Shown: positions 43,336 to 54,680 of the stretch, one piece after another
How positions within the stretch are numbered: position 1 is the first letter of the stretch
Layout: every line of letters starts with the position of its first letter
Assembly (NCBI GenBank): GCA_963730185.1
Contig: CAVSQW010000007.1
Location: forward strand, 384,001 to 448,000
Source: an uncultured Gemmatimonadales bacterium
Lineage (GTDB): Bacteria; Gemmatimonadota; Gemmatimonadetes; Gemmatimonadales; GWC2-71-9
Direction: 5' to 3'
Length of the DNA: 64,000 nucleotides
Notes under the pieces: model-generated
Seen by the model: the letters and a program-made list of their open reading frames with translations, nothing else
Told to the model about the DNA's origin: nothing
Databases searched by the model: none
Program-made: the position numbers and the translations under genes

Positions 43336-43849
43336 ATGGGCAAGACTCGGCGATGGATCTGGGCGGTCTCGGGGGCGGCGGTGGTGGTGCTGGCCGGGTG
43401 CGGCTCGGCGGAGCAGGGGGCGCCGGCTCTGGGCTCCGCCGCCAACGCCGCCCTGACCGATACCCTCAAGGCCCGGATCGCCGCGGCCTACGACTTCAGC
43501 CGGCCGGGAGTGGCCGAGCGGATCGAGCTCCCTCTACCCCGACACCGGGCGGGTGATCTCGGTCAGCGGGGGCAACGTGATCACGTCGCCCGACTCGCTC
43601 CGGGCTGGGATCGCGGCCTTTTGGCGGAACACCGGGCAGAACATGCGCGAGGCCAAGTGGGTCTGGGGCGACGTCTACCTCGACCGACTCGGGCCCGACG
43701 CCGCGGTGCTCACCGGCACCTGGACCATTCCGCACATCGCCCCCACCGGGCGGCCGCACGTGCTGCGGGGTGCCTGGACCGCTCTCTTCCGCCGGATCGG
43801 CGGTCGGTGGATGATCGTTACCGAGCATCTCTCCTCTCCCCCGAGCTGA
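43336..43849 (+). CDS. NTF2/DUF4440-like lipoprotein; +1 frameshift near 43524
   Basis: Lipobox LAGC; LGPDAAVLTG...WTALFRRIGGRWMIVTEHLS. Confidence 0.7.
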
Positions 43850-43851
43850 CG

Positions 43852-45303
43852 ATGAAACGACTCCGGGTTCTCCTGCTCGCGCTCGCCGCGCTCGCCCCCA
43901 CCCTCGCCTCGGCTCAGCAGCGCGAATCGTTCGACTACTGGCGCTTCGACCGGGAGCTGATCCAGCGCGGCGTTCAGGCCGTGCTGATGTGCAACGGCCT
44001 CTTCACCTCGCATCGGACGCTGGCGCAGGTCTTCGGGCAGGAGCTGGCCTATCTCCGGGACCCGATCGGCACCGCGGCCGGTGGCGACTACGTCGTGGAC
44101 CGGGCTCGCCGAGCGGTGGCGATCGGCGCGCCCGGCGGGCCGGTGCCGGTGATGCGGGCCGCGTTCCGGGAGGGCGTGGGGTGCGTGGTGATGGCGCCCG
44201 ACCAGACCTTCGCCGACATCGCGAGCCTTCCCGAGATCCGGATGCCGCCGCCGCCGGGCGATCCGGCCACCACCCCCTGGCCCGACGGCGACCTGATCGA
44301 GGACCGCTCGCTCCCGCCGGGGGTGGATGCAAAGGCGCTCGACGCGGCCGCGGACTGGGCCTTCCATCGCGAATCGAAGGAGCAGGTCACCCTGAGCCTG
44401 CTGGTGGTCTACCGCGGCCAGTCGATCCTGGAACGATACGCCCCGGGCGTCGACCGAGACCACCCGCACCCGGACCTGGTCCACCGCCAAGAGCATCGCG
44501 GGGACGCTGATCGGGATGCAGGTGGACGCAGGGGCGGATGGCGCTCGATCGGCCGCTCGACGTGGACTGGTTGCCCGAGGCGCCGTCGTCCGAGACCGAT
44601 CCGCGGCGGGCGGTCACCCTGCGGAGCGTGCTCAACATGTCGAGCGGCCTCTACCCGGTGGACAGCTGGGGGCTGGAGTACGCCAACGGGTCGGGGCTCT
44701 CGTACTGGGCCGGTGCCAGCTCGGCCCGAGGCGCTCGAAGCCGGGCGCTCTTTCGCGAGCCGGGCACCTACTGGGATTACGAGAACTACGAGACCCTGCT
44801 CGCGGTCTACGCGATGAAGCGGGTCCTGGGCAGCGAGCAGACCTATCACGAATATCCCCCGCCGGGCGCTCCTCGACCGGATCGGGATGCGCAACACTCT
44901 GCTGGGGATGGACCGGTTCGGCGACTTCATCCTGAGCAGCCAGGTCTACACCAACGCCCGCGACCTGGCCCGCTTCGGGCTCCTCTACCAGCAGAACGGC
45001 CTCTGGCACGGGAAGCGGCTCCTGTCGCAGGCCTGGATCGACTTCGAGCGGACGCCGGCCCCCGCCACCGCCAAGACCGGGAACTTCTACGGCGGCCAGT
45101 GGTGGTTGGTGCCCGACGACCGGACCGATCTCCCGCACGATGCCTACTCCACCGCCGGGAACCGGGGGCAGTACGTGGTGGTGGTGCCGTCGAAGGACCT
45201 GGTGATCGTCCGCCGGGGGCTCGATTACGGCCGCCAGGGCTTCGACCAGTGGGACTTGACCCGGGAGGTCGTGAAGGCCGTGTCGGGCGGACCGGAGCGC
45301 TAA
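43852..45303 (+). CDS. Beta-lactamase-family serine hydrolase; three +1 frameshifts
   Basis: Restored reading gives TWSTAKSI (SxxK), LLN/LNMSSGL, WDYENY, ARDLARFG, AGNRGQ. Confidence 0.82.
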
Positions 45304-45340
45304 GCTCCCGCCGTAACCTGGTGCCCGGTCGAACCGCCGG

Positions 45341-46585
45341 TCAGCGGGCTTCGAGTCGGCGCCAGGTAAAGCCGAACCGGTCGGCGTCGGGGTTCTGGAT
45401 CGGGCTCACCACCCCGACGTCACCGTTCGGGAGAAACAGGGCGGCAAGATACTCGCCGTCGGAGTCGCGGGTCGGATGGGGGTCGCCCGCCGCCCAGGCG
45501 TGCCAGCTTTCCGGGCGGAACGTTGGTGAGCGAAGCAGCCGGGGCTCGCCGTTGGGCGGCACCTCGATCCGGGCGGCATGGGCCACCAGGCTGTCGCCCG
45601 CCCCGGAGAACCAGGTCGCGGCCAACTCCCCCGGGCCCCCACCGATCAGGTAGGGGAAGTAGCGGGGCGCCGTTCCCTGGTCGATGGTCCACGTGGTCCA
45701 GGTCGCGCCCCGGTCGAGCGAGCGCCCAAGCTTCAGGGTCAGCCCTTCGCTCCAGAGGTAGAAAAGGGCACCGGTGCTGTCGAACGCGATCGGCTCCACC
45801 CAACGGGGGAGGTCGTCCGGGTTGCCGAGGGGATAGCCCCAGGCCCGTTGGCCGGGCGGGGTGTGCTTTTCCCAGGTCTGTCCGCCGTCGGCGCTCACCG
45901 CGATCAAGTCCACGTCGCGGTCGATCTTGTTCCCCGAGGCGGATAGGGGCACGATCCGGACGGCGATCTCGCCATGGGGGCCGACGGCCAGGTGGCTCGA
46001 GCCGCCCGCCGAGTGGATGCGGGCACCTTCCGTCCAGGTCCGGCCCCCGTCGCCGCTGGTGGCGTGCCGGGCCCCTTGGCCGTCGTTCCAGATGGCATGG
46101 GCCACCCCGTCCGAGGCGACCTCGATCCAGGGCCGGTCGTCGAAGCGGGTGGTGGAGAGCCGGGTCCAGGTCCAGCTCGCGCCGGTATCGTGGCTCACGC
46201 CGACGGCGATGTGGGTGCCTTCCAGCGTCTTCCGATCGAACCCCATGGTGATGAAGTAGAGAGTGCCGTCCGGGCCCACGGCCAAATCGACGTCGGAGTT
46301 CCCGACGGCGCCGTCCGATTCGCTGCCCACCGAGACTCGCTGCCAGGTGGCGCCCTGATCGTCGCTGCGCCAGAGCTTGGGTCCGGGTTGGCCGTAGCCG
46401 CTCACGAAGAGGGCGCCGCTCGGGTGGCGGGCCACCATGGGCTCCCGCGCGAGGGCGTCGACGTGATCGACCGAATCGACGATGGCGAGGGCGGTTGCCC
46501 CGGGTGCGGGGGTCGGGCCGCCGCAGGCGAGCAGAGCGCCGAGGCCGGCGGCCAGGAGCGCGGGCCGGATCTGGTTGGTAGGCAT
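45341..46585 (-). CDS. BNR/Asp-box (sialidase-like) lipoprotein
   Basis: Lipobox LLAC; five SxDxGxxW boxes. Confidence 0.78.
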   Translation of the reverse strand: MPTNQIRPALLAAGLGALLACGGPTPAPGATALAIVDSVDHVDALAREPMVARHPSGALFVSGYGQPGPKLWRSDDQGATWQRVSVGSESDGAVGNSDVDLAVGPDGTLYFITMGFDRKTLEGTHIAVGVSHDTGASWTWTRLSTTRFDDRPWIEVASDGVAHAIWNDGQGARHATSGDGGRTWTEGARIHSAGGSSHLAVGPHGEIAVRIVPLSASGNKIDRDVDLIAVSADGGQTWEKHTPPGQRAWGYPLGNPDDLPRWVEPIAFDSTGALFYLWSEGLTLKLGRSLDRGATWTTWTIDQGTAPRYFPYLIGGGPGELAATWFSGAGDSLVAHAARIEVPPNGEPRLLRSPTFRPESWHAWAAGDPHPTRDSDGEYLAALFLPNGDVGVVSPIQNPDADRFGFTWRRLEAR

Positions 46586-46679
46586 AGCGCGAATATACGG
46601 CCGCTCGACGGCCGCGGTATGTTTACTCCATGCTTCGCCTGGTTCCTCCCTTCCTTTCTCCCCTCTCGAACTGCGTCTC

Positions 46680-48827
46680 ATGACTCGATTCTTCTCGCGC
46701 GCGGCGCTCGGGGTCGGCGTGGCGCTCTCGCTCCTCGTTTCGTCCCCCGCCTTCGCACAGCAGTCGTTCTCCATCGGGCAGGTCACCACCTTCCCCTTTC
46801 CCACCGAGCTGGTCACCGCCCGAACCGGCCAGCGGATGGCCTGGGTCCTCGAGGACCACGGCGTCCGGAACGTGTGGGGCGCCGAGGGCCCGACCTGGCA
46901 GCCTCGGAAGCTCACCGCGTTTACCCAGGACGATGGCCAGGACCTGACCCAGCTGGCCTTCACGGCGGACGGCAACCGCCTGGTGTTCGTCCGGGGCGGC
47001 GACCACGGCTCGAACTGGCCGTCGCCGGGCGGGATCGAACCGAATCCGACCAGCGGCACGACCCGGACCCGGATCGAGGTCTGGACCGTCGCCTGGACCG
47101 GCGGAGGCAGCCGGATGCTCGCTCCGGGCGATCAGCCGGCGATCAGTCCGGGCGGCGATCGGGTGGCCTTCATCCAGGGCGGCCAGGTGTCGGTGGTACC
47201 GCTCGCGCCGGGCGGCAAGGCCAACCAGCTCTTCTTCGCCCGCGGCACCAGCGACGATCTGGCGTGGTCGCCGGACGGCAAGACGCTGGCCTTCGTGTCC
47301 CGGCGACCCGGCGGCTACAGCCTGCTCGGTCTCTACACCGGTCCCAAGGTGCCGATCCGCTGGCTGGCGCCCTTCACGGACCGGGTCAGCTCGCCGGTCT
47401 GGTCGCCGGACGGGCGGGAGATCGCCTATGTGAGCCAGCCGGGTCAGGGCGGGCCGCCCGAGACTCTGCTGGAGCAACACCCCAATCCGTGGTCGCTCGA
47501 GGTGGTGAACGTGGCGTCGGGCGAGGCCCGGACCGTGTGGTCGAGCCCGAATACCCTGCTGGGCTCGCGCCCCTACACCCAAGGCGGGGTCAACCTGGCC
47601 TGGGGTGCCGGCGGGCGGCTGGTGTTCGTCGCCAATCTCGACGGCTGGCCGCACCTCTACTCGATCGCTTCGGCCGGCGGCGATCCGTTGCTCCTGACTC
47701 CCGGCGACTTCATGGTCGAGTTCGTGACCATGTCCCCCGATGGCCGGTCCATCGTCTACAACGCCAACACCGGCCCGGACGCCTCCGACGACGATCGCCG
47801 TCACCTCTTCCGGGTGCCGGTCGACCAGGCCCATCCGGTGGAGCTGACCCGAGGCACCGATCTCGAGTGGGGGCCGAGGGTGACCGGCGACGGCCGCTTC
47901 GTGGCGCTGTTCACCAGCGGCCCGACCCGGCCGCCGTTCCCCGCCGTGCTGCCCATCGACGGGGGAACACCGAAGCTGCTCGGCCAGGACCGGCTGCCGG
48001 CCGACTTCCCGTCGACCGGTTTGGTGGTGCCCGAGAAGGTCGTGATCCCCTCGATCGACGGGACGCCGATCCACATGCAGCTCTTCCGGTCGGCCCAGGG
48101 ACCGGCCAAGCGGCCGGCGCTGGTGTACGTCCACGGTGGGCCGCCGCGCCAGATGCTCTTGGGCTTCCACTACTGGCACTACTACGCCTCCGACTACGCC
48201 GTCAATCAGTACCTCGCGAGCCGGGGCTTCGTGGTGGTCTCGGTGAACTACCGGTTGGGGATCGGCTACGGCGACCACTTCATGCAGCCGGAGCACGCGG
48301 GACCTGCCGGGGCGTCGGAATACCAGGACGTGTTGGCGGCGGAGCACTACCTGGCCGGCCGGCCCGACGTCGACGCGAGCCGGATCGGGATCTGGGGCGG
48401 CTCCTACGGCGGCTACCTGACGGCGCTCGCGCTGGCCCGGAATTCCGATCTCTTCCGGGCCGGGGTGGACCTCCACGGGGTGCACGATTGGATCGCCGAC
48501 TACGGCGACTACCTCAAGAACATGCAGCTCCGCTACGAGAAGCCGTCGGACCTGAAGCAGGCGCTCGACGTGGCGTGGCAGTCGTCGCCGGTGGCCGACA
48601 TCGGCACGTGGCGCTCGCCGGTGCTGCTGATCCACGGCGACGACGACCGGAACGTCGAGGTGAGTCAGACGGTGGACCTGGTCCAGCGGCTCCGGGCCCA
48701 GGGGGTTCAGTTCGAGGAGCTCTTGATCCCGGACGAGATCCACGACTTCCTGCGGTACGCGACCTGGCAGAAGGTCGGTCGGGCGGTGACGTCCTATCTG
48801 GAGCGGGAGCTGGGCTCGCCGAAGTGA
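46680..48827 (+). CDS. S9-family peptidase with beta-propeller
   Basis: WSPDG repeats, HGGP, GGSYGG, HGDDDRNV, terminal His. Confidence 0.92.
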   Translation: MTRFFSRAALGVGVALSLLVSSPAFAQQSFSIGQVTTFPFPTELVTARTGQRMAWVLEDHGVRNVWGAEGPTWQPRKLTAFTQDDGQDLTQLAFTADGNRLVFVRGGDHGSNWPSPGGIEPNPTSGTTRTRIEVWTVAWTGGGSRMLAPGDQPAISPGGDRVAFIQGGQVSVVPLAPGGKANQLFFARGTSDDLAWSPDGKTLAFVSRRPGGYSLLGLYTGPKVPIRWLAPFTDRVSSPVWSPDGREIAYVSQPGQGGPPETLLEQHPNPWSLEVVNVASGEARTVWSSPNTLLGSRPYTQGGVNLAWGAGGRLVFVANLDGWPHLYSIASAGGDPLLLTPGDFMVEFVTMSPDGRSIVYNANTGPDASDDDRRHLFRVPVDQAHPVELTRGTDLEWGPRVTGDGRFVALFTSGPTRPPFPAVLPIDGGTPKLLGQDRLPADFPSTGLVVPEKVVIPSIDGTPIHMQLFRSAQGPAKRPALVYVHGGPPRQMLLGFHYWHYYASDYAVNQYLASRGFVVVSVNYRLGIGYGDHFMQPEHAGPAGASEYQDVLAAEHYLAGRPDVDASRIGIWGGSYGGYLTALALARNSDLFRAGVDLHGVHDWIADYGDYLKNMQLRYEKPSDLKQALDVAWQSSPVADIGTWRSPVLLIHGDDDRNVEVSQTVDLVQRLRAQGVQFEELLIPDEIHDFLRYATWQKVGRAVTSYLERELGSPK

Positions 48828-48873
48828 GGCGGATCGGGGGTGGGGCCGGCCGGCGGCCGGGCCCCACTCCGGG

Positions 48874-49584
48874 TCAGTCGAGAAGGGCCGTCAGCGGGCG
48901 AAAGCGATACCCCGCCTCCCGGGCGTCGCGAATGATGTCGGGCAGGGCCCGAGCGGTCGGGGTCCGGTCTCCGTCGGGGTCGTAGCCGTCGCCGTCGTGC
49001 AGCAGGATGATGGCGCCGGGCCGGAGCCGGTGGCGTACCCGCTGGCGGATCTCGGCGGCGTCGATCGGGTCGGAGTCCCAGACCCCGAAGGTCCAGCCGA
49101 AGGTGCGATAACCCAGCCGGCGGGTGGCTCGGCTCACGAACGGGTTCCGATATCCGTGGGGAGCCCGGAACGCCCGGGGGGCCCGACCGGTCACGTCCGC
49201 GATCGTGGCGTGGGCCCGGTCCAGCTCGCTCGCGATTCGCCGGGGCCCGCTCCAGTGCAGCTTGACGTGGGTGGTGGTGTGGTTGCCGATCAGGTGGCCC
49301 GCCTCCGTTGCCCGCCGGGCCAGGGCGGGGTGCCGCTGCACGAAGTTGCCCACCATGAAGAAGGCCGCCGGCACGCCGGCCTCCTCGAGGGCATCGAGCA
49401 CGGCCGGCGTGGCTCGTCCGTTCGGCCCGTCGTCGAACGTGAGATAGAGCTCCCGGCGGCGCGGTCCCCGTCCCACCACTGGTCCCACCAGCGAGGCGTT
49501 GGGGTAGTAGATCCCGAGCGCGGCCGCCCCGGCCGCGGTGGCCGCCCCGGCCGCGGTGGCCGCCCCCACCAACGTTCCAATCAT
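48874..49584 (-). CDS. NodB-type polysaccharide deacetylase with N-terminal anchor
   Basis: TFDDGP, NHTTTH, RAPHG, LLHDG. Confidence 0.9.
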   Translation of the reverse strand: MIGTLVGAATAAGAATAAGAAALGIYYPNASLVGPVVGRGPRRRELYLTFDDGPNGRATPAVLDALEEAGVPAAFFMVGNFVQRHPALARRATEAGHLIGNHTTTHVKLHWSGPRRIASELDRAHATIADVTGRAPRAFRAPHGYRNPFVSRATRRLGYRTFGWTFGVWDSDPIDAAEIRQRVRHRLRPGAIILLHDGDGYDPDGDRTPTARALPDIIRDAREAGYRFRPLTALLD

Positions 49585-50702
49585 GCCGCGATCGCGGGGC
49601 GGTGGTGGGGCGAGAGGATCCGCTCGTAGACCGCGACGAGGCGGTCGGTCACCCGCGGCCAGGCATAGGGCAGGGCCGCGGCCCGGGCGGCGGTGCTCCG
49701 GGCGGACCACTGGAGCGGTTCCGCCGCCAACCGGGTGACGGCGTCCGCCCAGGCCCCGGCATCGAGCGCCGGGACGTAGCTGGCGTTCGGGCCGGCCACC
49801 TCCCGGAAGGCGGGGAGGTCGGAGACTACCGCCGGGGTCGCCGACGCGAGCGCCTCGAGCAGGGTGACTCCGAACGAGGCCCGGCGCGTGGGGCAGAGAT
49901 AGAGGTGCGCCCCCCGATAGAGCGCCGGGCGTTCCTCGCGCACGGCCCCGAGAAAGCGGACCGGCAGGCCGCGGGCCTGCCCTTCGTAGCGGCGCCGCCA
50001 GGGGCCGTCGCCGGCCACGGTCAGCTCGACCCGGGGCCATCGCGCCGCGATGGCGGGCATCGCCTCCAGGATCGTGTCCAGGCCGTTCCGTGGCTCGAGC
50101 CGACCCAGGAAGAGCAGCCGCAATGCGGCGCCGGGTTGGGGAGGGCGCCGCCGCCTGCCGGGATGGAACGCCGTGACGTCGATCCCGTTCGGGATGATCT
50201 CCCAGGGCGCCCGGAAGTAGCGGCTCATCGCCTCGATCGCGGCGCTGCTCACGGCGACCGTGGCGGCCAGGCGGTCCAGCCGGGCCTGCAACGGCCGACG
50301 GAACACCGCATAGCCGACCGACTGCGGGAACCAGGTATGGAAGGTGGCCATCGCCGGCAGGCCCAGTCGCTCGGCCACGGTGGGGGCGGCCAGGCCGAGC
50401 ACCGGGCTCAAGCCGCCGTGCACGTGCACCAGCTCGGTCCGGGTCTCGCGGAAGACCTGCGCTAGCTGATCGCCGAGGCGCCAGCCGGTGGTGATCCGGG
50501 CAACGCCGCCGTTGGCGTAGATCACCAGGCTGGTGCCCACCCGCCGCACATGGGGTGGATCGGCGCGGACGTGCCGCATCTTCGCGGTCACGATGGTCGG
50601 CTGGTGTCCCCGGGCGGCGAGCTCGAGGGCCAGGTGATGAACGTGTTCGGGCACGCCTCCCAGCTGCGGGTAGTAGTCCTCAGCGACGAGGGCGATGCGC
50701 AT
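49581..50702 (-). CDS. GT4 glycosyltransferase (PimA-like)
   Basis: YYPQLGGVPEHV, IPNGID, LFLGRLEPRNG, ASFGVTLLEA. Confidence 0.88.
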   Translation of the reverse strand: MRIALVAEDYYPQLGGVPEHVHHLALELAARGHQPTIVTAKMRHVRADPPHVRRVGTSLVIYANGGVARITTGWRLGDQLAQVFRETRTELVHVHGGLSPVLGLAAPTVAERLGLPAMATFHTWFPQSVGYAVFRRPLQARLDRLAATVAVSSAAIEAMSRYFRAPWEIIPNGIDVTAFHPGRRRRPPQPGAALRLLFLGRLEPRNGLDTILEAMPAIAARWPRVELTVAGDGPWRRRYEGQARGLPVRFLGAVREERPALYRGAHLYLCPTRRASFGVTLLEALASATPAVVSDLPAFREVAGPNASYVPALDAGAWADAVTRLAAEPLQWSARSTAARAAALPYAWPRVTDRLVAVYERILSPHHRPAIAA

Positions 50703-51609
50703 CGGCCCCTCCAGGGTGAGCAGGGTCGTTCCCGGCCAGGGGGAGCGACGCGATCAGTCGTTCGACGGAGGCGACCACGGCGTCGGGTCGCTCCTCATGG
50801 ATGTAGTGGCCCACGCCTGGCAGCGAGTCGACGGCGAACGAGGGAAGCTCCCGGTCCATCAGGGCGACCTCGCTCGAGTCGACGCCGCCGTCGTGCGGCG
50901 CCTCGCCGACGATCAGCCGGACCGGGCAGTGGATTCGAGGGAGCTCCGGCGCCAGTGAGTCCGGCTCGTGGGAGTGACCCATGGCCTTGAAGGCGCGGAT
51001 GGTCGCGCCCAGGTCACGGGTGGCGCCGTCGGTGTAGCCCGCGACCACCGAGTCGGTGACCCAGGTCGGGTTCCCGGACGATGCCTGGAGCATGCCGCGG
51101 ATCCGGGACCGGACGAAGCCGCGCCCCAGGAGCCGGATCACCGGGGCGAGCTTCATCGCCCGGCGGAAGCCGGCCGTGGTGGCCTGCTCGGTGGGCCCGC
51201 CCTCGAGGCTCACCACCCCACGGACCAGGTTAGGATGCCGGACCGCCAGCCGGAGGGCGATCGCCCCGCCCAAGGAGTGCGCGATGACGACGGCCGGGCC
51301 GAGGCCGAGAGTGTCGAGCACGGCGGCGATCAGGTCGCTCTGGGTCGCGAGCGAGTAGTCGCCGTGGCTCGGTCGCGAGGAATAGCCGACGCCCAGGGGC
51401 TCGATGATCACCGCCCGGAACCCGGCGGCCTGAAGCAGCGGGACCACCCGGCGAAAGCCGAACGCGGAGCCGAAGAGACCCGGGATCAGCACCACGGCGG
51501 GGCCGGTGCCGACGCTCACCACGTGCAGGGTGTCGGGTGGGTCGGGCGCGGTCGACGACGCCAGGGTCGGCTGGATCAGGGCCAGCGCCAGCAGCGCGGC
51601 CCGAATCAT
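50680..51609 (-). CDS. Exported alpha/beta hydrolase
   Basis: Signal peptide, AHSLGG nucleophile elbow, [11 protein letters not shown]. Confidence 0.85.
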   Translation of the reverse strand: MIRAALLALALIQPTLASSTAPDPPDTLHVVSVGTGPAVVLIPGLFGSAFGFRRVVPLLQAAGFRAVIIEPLGVGYSSRPSHGDYSLATQSDLIAAVLDTLGLGPAVVIAHSLGGAIALRLAVRHPNLVRGVVSLEGGPTEQATTAGFRRAMKLAPVIRLLGRGFVRSRIRGMLQASSGNPTWVTDSVVAGYTDGATRDLGATIRAFKAMGHSHEPDSLAPELPRIHCPVRLIVGEAPHDGGVDSSEVALMDRELPSFAVDSLPGVGHYIHEERPDAVVASVERLIASLPLAGNDPAHPGGADAHRPRR

Positions 51610-52235
51610 CGCGCCACCTCGGCCCGGCGCTCGGCTGCCTCGAGCGCGGCCGCTCGCGAGGCGACGGTGTCGAAGTCGCCGTCCAGTCCGTCCATCCGGT
51701 GCTGGAACTGGATGTCGGCCCGGAGCAGGCCGAGCACGTAGGCGGTGAGGTTGACCCAGAAGACGATGGCAAAGAGCGTGGCGAAGGGCCACCAGAGTCC
51801 GAAGTAGAGGACCACCCGCTTGGCGCCGAGGTCGATCCGGGAGCGGTCCACCACGGTGGTGAGGAGGAGGATCGCAACCAGGGCCAGGGCGATGAGCTTG
51901 ACCGGCGCGAGCCCGGCGACGGCGCAGCCGGCGAAGATCACCGCCTCGCTGGCCCGGTCCAGGCGGGTGTCGAGCCGGTGACCCTCCGGACTCGCCAGCC
52001 CGAACTCCCGGGCAATGCCGCCGTCGAGCCCGTCCAGTAGCTGGCCGAGCGCCATCAATCCGAGGCCGAGGTCGAGGCGGCCGAGCGCGATCGCGCCGCC
52101 GGCCAGGACACTGGCCCCGAACGCCGCCCAGGACACCTGGCCGGGCGAGAGCCCGAGCCGGACATGGAGGAGGTTGAAGAGCGGGCGTTGGGCCCGGTCT
52201 ACGACCGACTGAAGAACAGGAAGAGATTCGAGCAT
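51606..52235 (-). CDS. CDP-alcohol phosphatidyltransferase family (short)
   Basis: DGLDGGIAR...G..LDTRLD signature. Confidence 0.85.
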   Translation of the reverse strand: MLESLPVLQSVVDRAQRPLFNLLHVRLGLSPGQVSWAAFGASVLAGGAIALGRLDLGLGLMALGQLLDGLDGGIAREFGLASPEGHRLDTRLDRASEAVIFAGCAVAGLAPVKLIALALVAILLLTTVVDRSRIDLGAKRVVLYFGLWWPFATLFAIVFWVNLTAYVLGLLRADIQFQHRMDGLDGDFDTVASRAAALEAAERRAEVAR

Positions 52236-52636
52236 AGGAGGATCGCCGCGAGGACGCCTTCCTTGGCCCCGTCAGGCAGGACACTGATCCAGCCGCGGGT
52301 CACGTGAGTGGAGTATGGGTACCAGGGCATCTTCTCATAGCGGACGGCGTAGTCCATCGCGAGGTGGATTGCGAAGAAGATGGCCGGCACCAGGGTGCCG
52401 ATCATGAGGCAGATCGGGAGGATCCAGAGCAAGGCCACCGGCTCCTGCAAGGAGGAGCGCCAGTAGTAGCCGCGCTTGTCGCGGAGTCCCACGGCCTTGA
52501 GGTAGAACGGTGCCTTGATGACGTGATCGATGTCGACCCCGACCCCGAACCCATAGGCGAGCACGGCGTCGGTGCCGTGGAGGCCGAGGATCTTGACGCC
52601 GAGGGTGGTGGCCAGGACGTGAGTGAAGATCGTCAT
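52199..52636 (-). CDS. Small membrane-bound putative metal-dependent hydrolase (YdjM-like)
   Basis: FTH, DIDH, IHLAMD in hydrophobic context. Confidence 0.55.
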   Translation of the reverse strand: MTIFTHVLATTLGVKILGLHGTDAVLAYGFGVGVDIDHVIKAPFYLKAVGLRDKRGYYWRSSLQEPVALLWILPICLMIGTLVPAIFFAIHLAMDYAVRYEKMPWYPYSTHVTRGWISVLPDGAKEGVLAAILLCSNLFLFFSRS

Positions 52637-53646
52637 GGGGTCGTGCTCTCGAGGGGGACGGAGGCCGGGACCGGGCGACGGCCGCCGACCCAGATCAGGA
52701 GGAGCCCGGCGGCGATCCAGAGGAGATCGCGCGCCCGCCCGACCACCGCGGCGTAGAGCCCGAGGCTCGTCGGGTAGCCGAGCTGCTGGAAAAGGAGCAG
52801 GGTGGCCCCCTCGCGGGTGCCGAGCTCGAAGGGCACGATGAAGAGCAGGTTGCCGACCAGTCCTTCGAGTCCCGAGACGACAAAGGCGTCGAGGTAGCCG
52901 ACGGCGTGGCCGGCGCTCGCCCCGATCAGGCAGAACTCGAGCGCGATGACGCACCGGCTGAGGAATTCGTACGCCACGGCCGCCCGGAAGCGCCCCGGCC
53001 GCTCGTGATAGAACGCGACGATCTGGCGGTCCATCGCGAGGATGGCGTCCTGATGCGGGTCGAGCCGGCGGGCCAGCCGGCGGAGCCCCGGCACCCGGCC
53101 GGCCCAGCCGATCACCCGGGCCACCACGCCGTCCCGGTGGGCGGCGAGGAGCAGGATGATGAGGGCCGAGACCAGGAACAGCGCCGCGGTGAGCAGCAGG
53201 AGCCAGGTGACGGTGTAGGGCAGCAGCACGAACCCGAGCCCGACCGCGAAGAGCCAGAGGAGCAGCAGGCCCAGGGTCCGTACCATGGTGTGGAGCACCA
53301 CCGAGGCGGTCGCCCGCGACGTGCCGGTCCAGGGAGCGAGCGCCGCGATCTTGTAGGGCTCGCCGCCGGCGTTGACCATCGGCGTGATGTAGTTGATCGC
53401 GGTTCCGGCGACGACCGTCGCCAGGGTCCGTCGAAAGGCCGGTCGGGCCGGCTCGTCGGCCAGGATCGTGTGCCACGCCGCGGCGTCCAGGACGTGGACC
53501 AGTCCGTACAGGGCCAGGATGGGAACGATCATCCAGCCCGTCCGCCGGGCGTCGACCAAGAGGTCGCCTCCGCCGGCGGCTCGGACCACCAGCAGGAAGA
53601 GCGCGAGGCCTCCCAGAAAGAGCGCCAGCCGGACCCGGCGGCTCAC
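52633..53646 (-). CDS. Lysylphosphatidylglycerol-synthase TM / flippase-like protein
   Basis: INYITPMVNAGGEPYK, PFELGTREG; multi-TM. Confidence 0.85.
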   Translation of the reverse strand: MSRRVRLALFLGGLALFLLVVRAAGGGDLLVDARRTGWMIVPILALYGLVHVLDAAAWHTILADEPARPAFRRTLATVVAGTAINYITPMVNAGGEPYKIAALAPWTGTSRATASVVLHTMVRTLGLLLLWLFAVGLGFVLLPYTVTWLLLLTAALFLVSALIILLLAAHRDGVVARVIGWAGRVPGLRRLARRLDPHQDAILAMDRQIVAFYHERPGRFRAAVAYEFLSRCVIALEFCLIGASAGHAVGYLDAFVVSGLEGLVGNLLFIVPFELGTREGATLLLFQQLGYPTSLGLYAAVVGRARDLLWIAAGLLLIWVGGRRPVPASVPLESTTP

Positions 53647-54680
53647 GCGGCTGCGCCTCGGGCGCGGGCCCGAACCCGGCGCCGCGGGCGGGACCGTCCG
53701 TATCCCCCTTCGAGCACCGTGGCGACCCGCTCGATGTCCTCCAGCGGGCCGTCGGCGTCGCCGGTGTCGAGCCGGCGGACGAAGTCGGTGAACAGGTCGG
53801 CGAACCAGTGCCGGTACGATGCCTTGTCGAGCTGCGCCGTGAAGTCGAGGGACTCGACGGCGCCGTCGGCCGCGAGCTGGAGCCGGCCGCCCTCCCAGGA
53901 GATGGTGCCCCGGTCGCCGACGAAGCGAATCCGGGTCTCCCGATGATGGGCCGCCCAGGTGAGAAAGAGCACGGCCAACCGGTCCGGGTAACGCATCACC
54001 AGATGGGCGGTGTCCTCCACGTCATAGTCGGCATGGCGAAGGCGGGTGGTCCATCCGTGGATCGCGCCGGGGGGGCCGGCGACGTCGAGCACCTCGTAGA
54101 TCAGATGGGTCCCGTGGTCGAGCAGCACCCCGCCGAGACCGCCCGCCCGGGTGGCCCGCCAGGGGACCGGGGTCGGATCGGCCCCGCGGTCGGCGTGCAG
54201 GCGGTACACCGTGAACTCGGCCAGCGACCAGTGGCCGATCGCGCCACCGTCGAGCCAGGCCCGCACCTGCCGCCAGGCCGGGTTGAACCGGTACTGGTGG
54301 CACGGCATCACCACCCGCCCGGCTCGGCGGGCCGCCTCGGCGATGGTCCGGGCGTCGTCGGCCGCGATGGCGACCGGCTTCTCGCAGAGCACGTGATAGC
54401 CCTGGTCCAGCGCCCAGAGCGTAAGCTCGAGGTGGGTGGCCGTGGGGGTGCAGATGTCGACGAAGTCGATTGGACCGAACCGGTCGATCGCCGTCCGGGT
54501 CGGGACGACCTCGAGGCCGTCGACCACCTGGCCCGCCGGCAGAGAGGCATCGACCGCTCCGACGATGTCGATCCGGTCGTGGGGTGACGGGCCCCGCCGG
54601 AAGCCCGGCAGGTGGGCGGTCCGCGCCACGTTGCCCAGACCGATGATGAGGCCGCGATAGCGACGAGGTTCAGCCGGCAT
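53643..54680 (-). CDS. Gfo/Idh/MocA oxidoreductase
   Basis: IGLGNVA, CEKP, GGVLLDHGTH, VED. Confidence 0.9.
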   Translation of the reverse strand: MPAEPRRYRGLIIGLGNVARTAHLPGFRRGPSPHDRIDIVGAVDASLPAGQVVDGLEVVPTRTAIDRFGPIDFVDICTPTATHLELTLWALDQGYHVLCEKPVAIAADDARTIAEAARRAGRVVMPCHQYRFNPAWRQVRAWLDGGAIGHWSLAEFTVYRLHADRGADPTPVPWRATRAGGLGGVLLDHGTHLIYEVLDVAGPPGAIHGWTTRLRHADYDVEDTAHLVMRYPDRLAVLFLTWAAHHRETRIRFVGDRGTISWEGGRLQLAADGAVESLDFTAQLDKASYRHWFADLFTDFVRRLDTGDADGPLEDIERVATVLEGGYGRSRPRRRVRARARGAAA

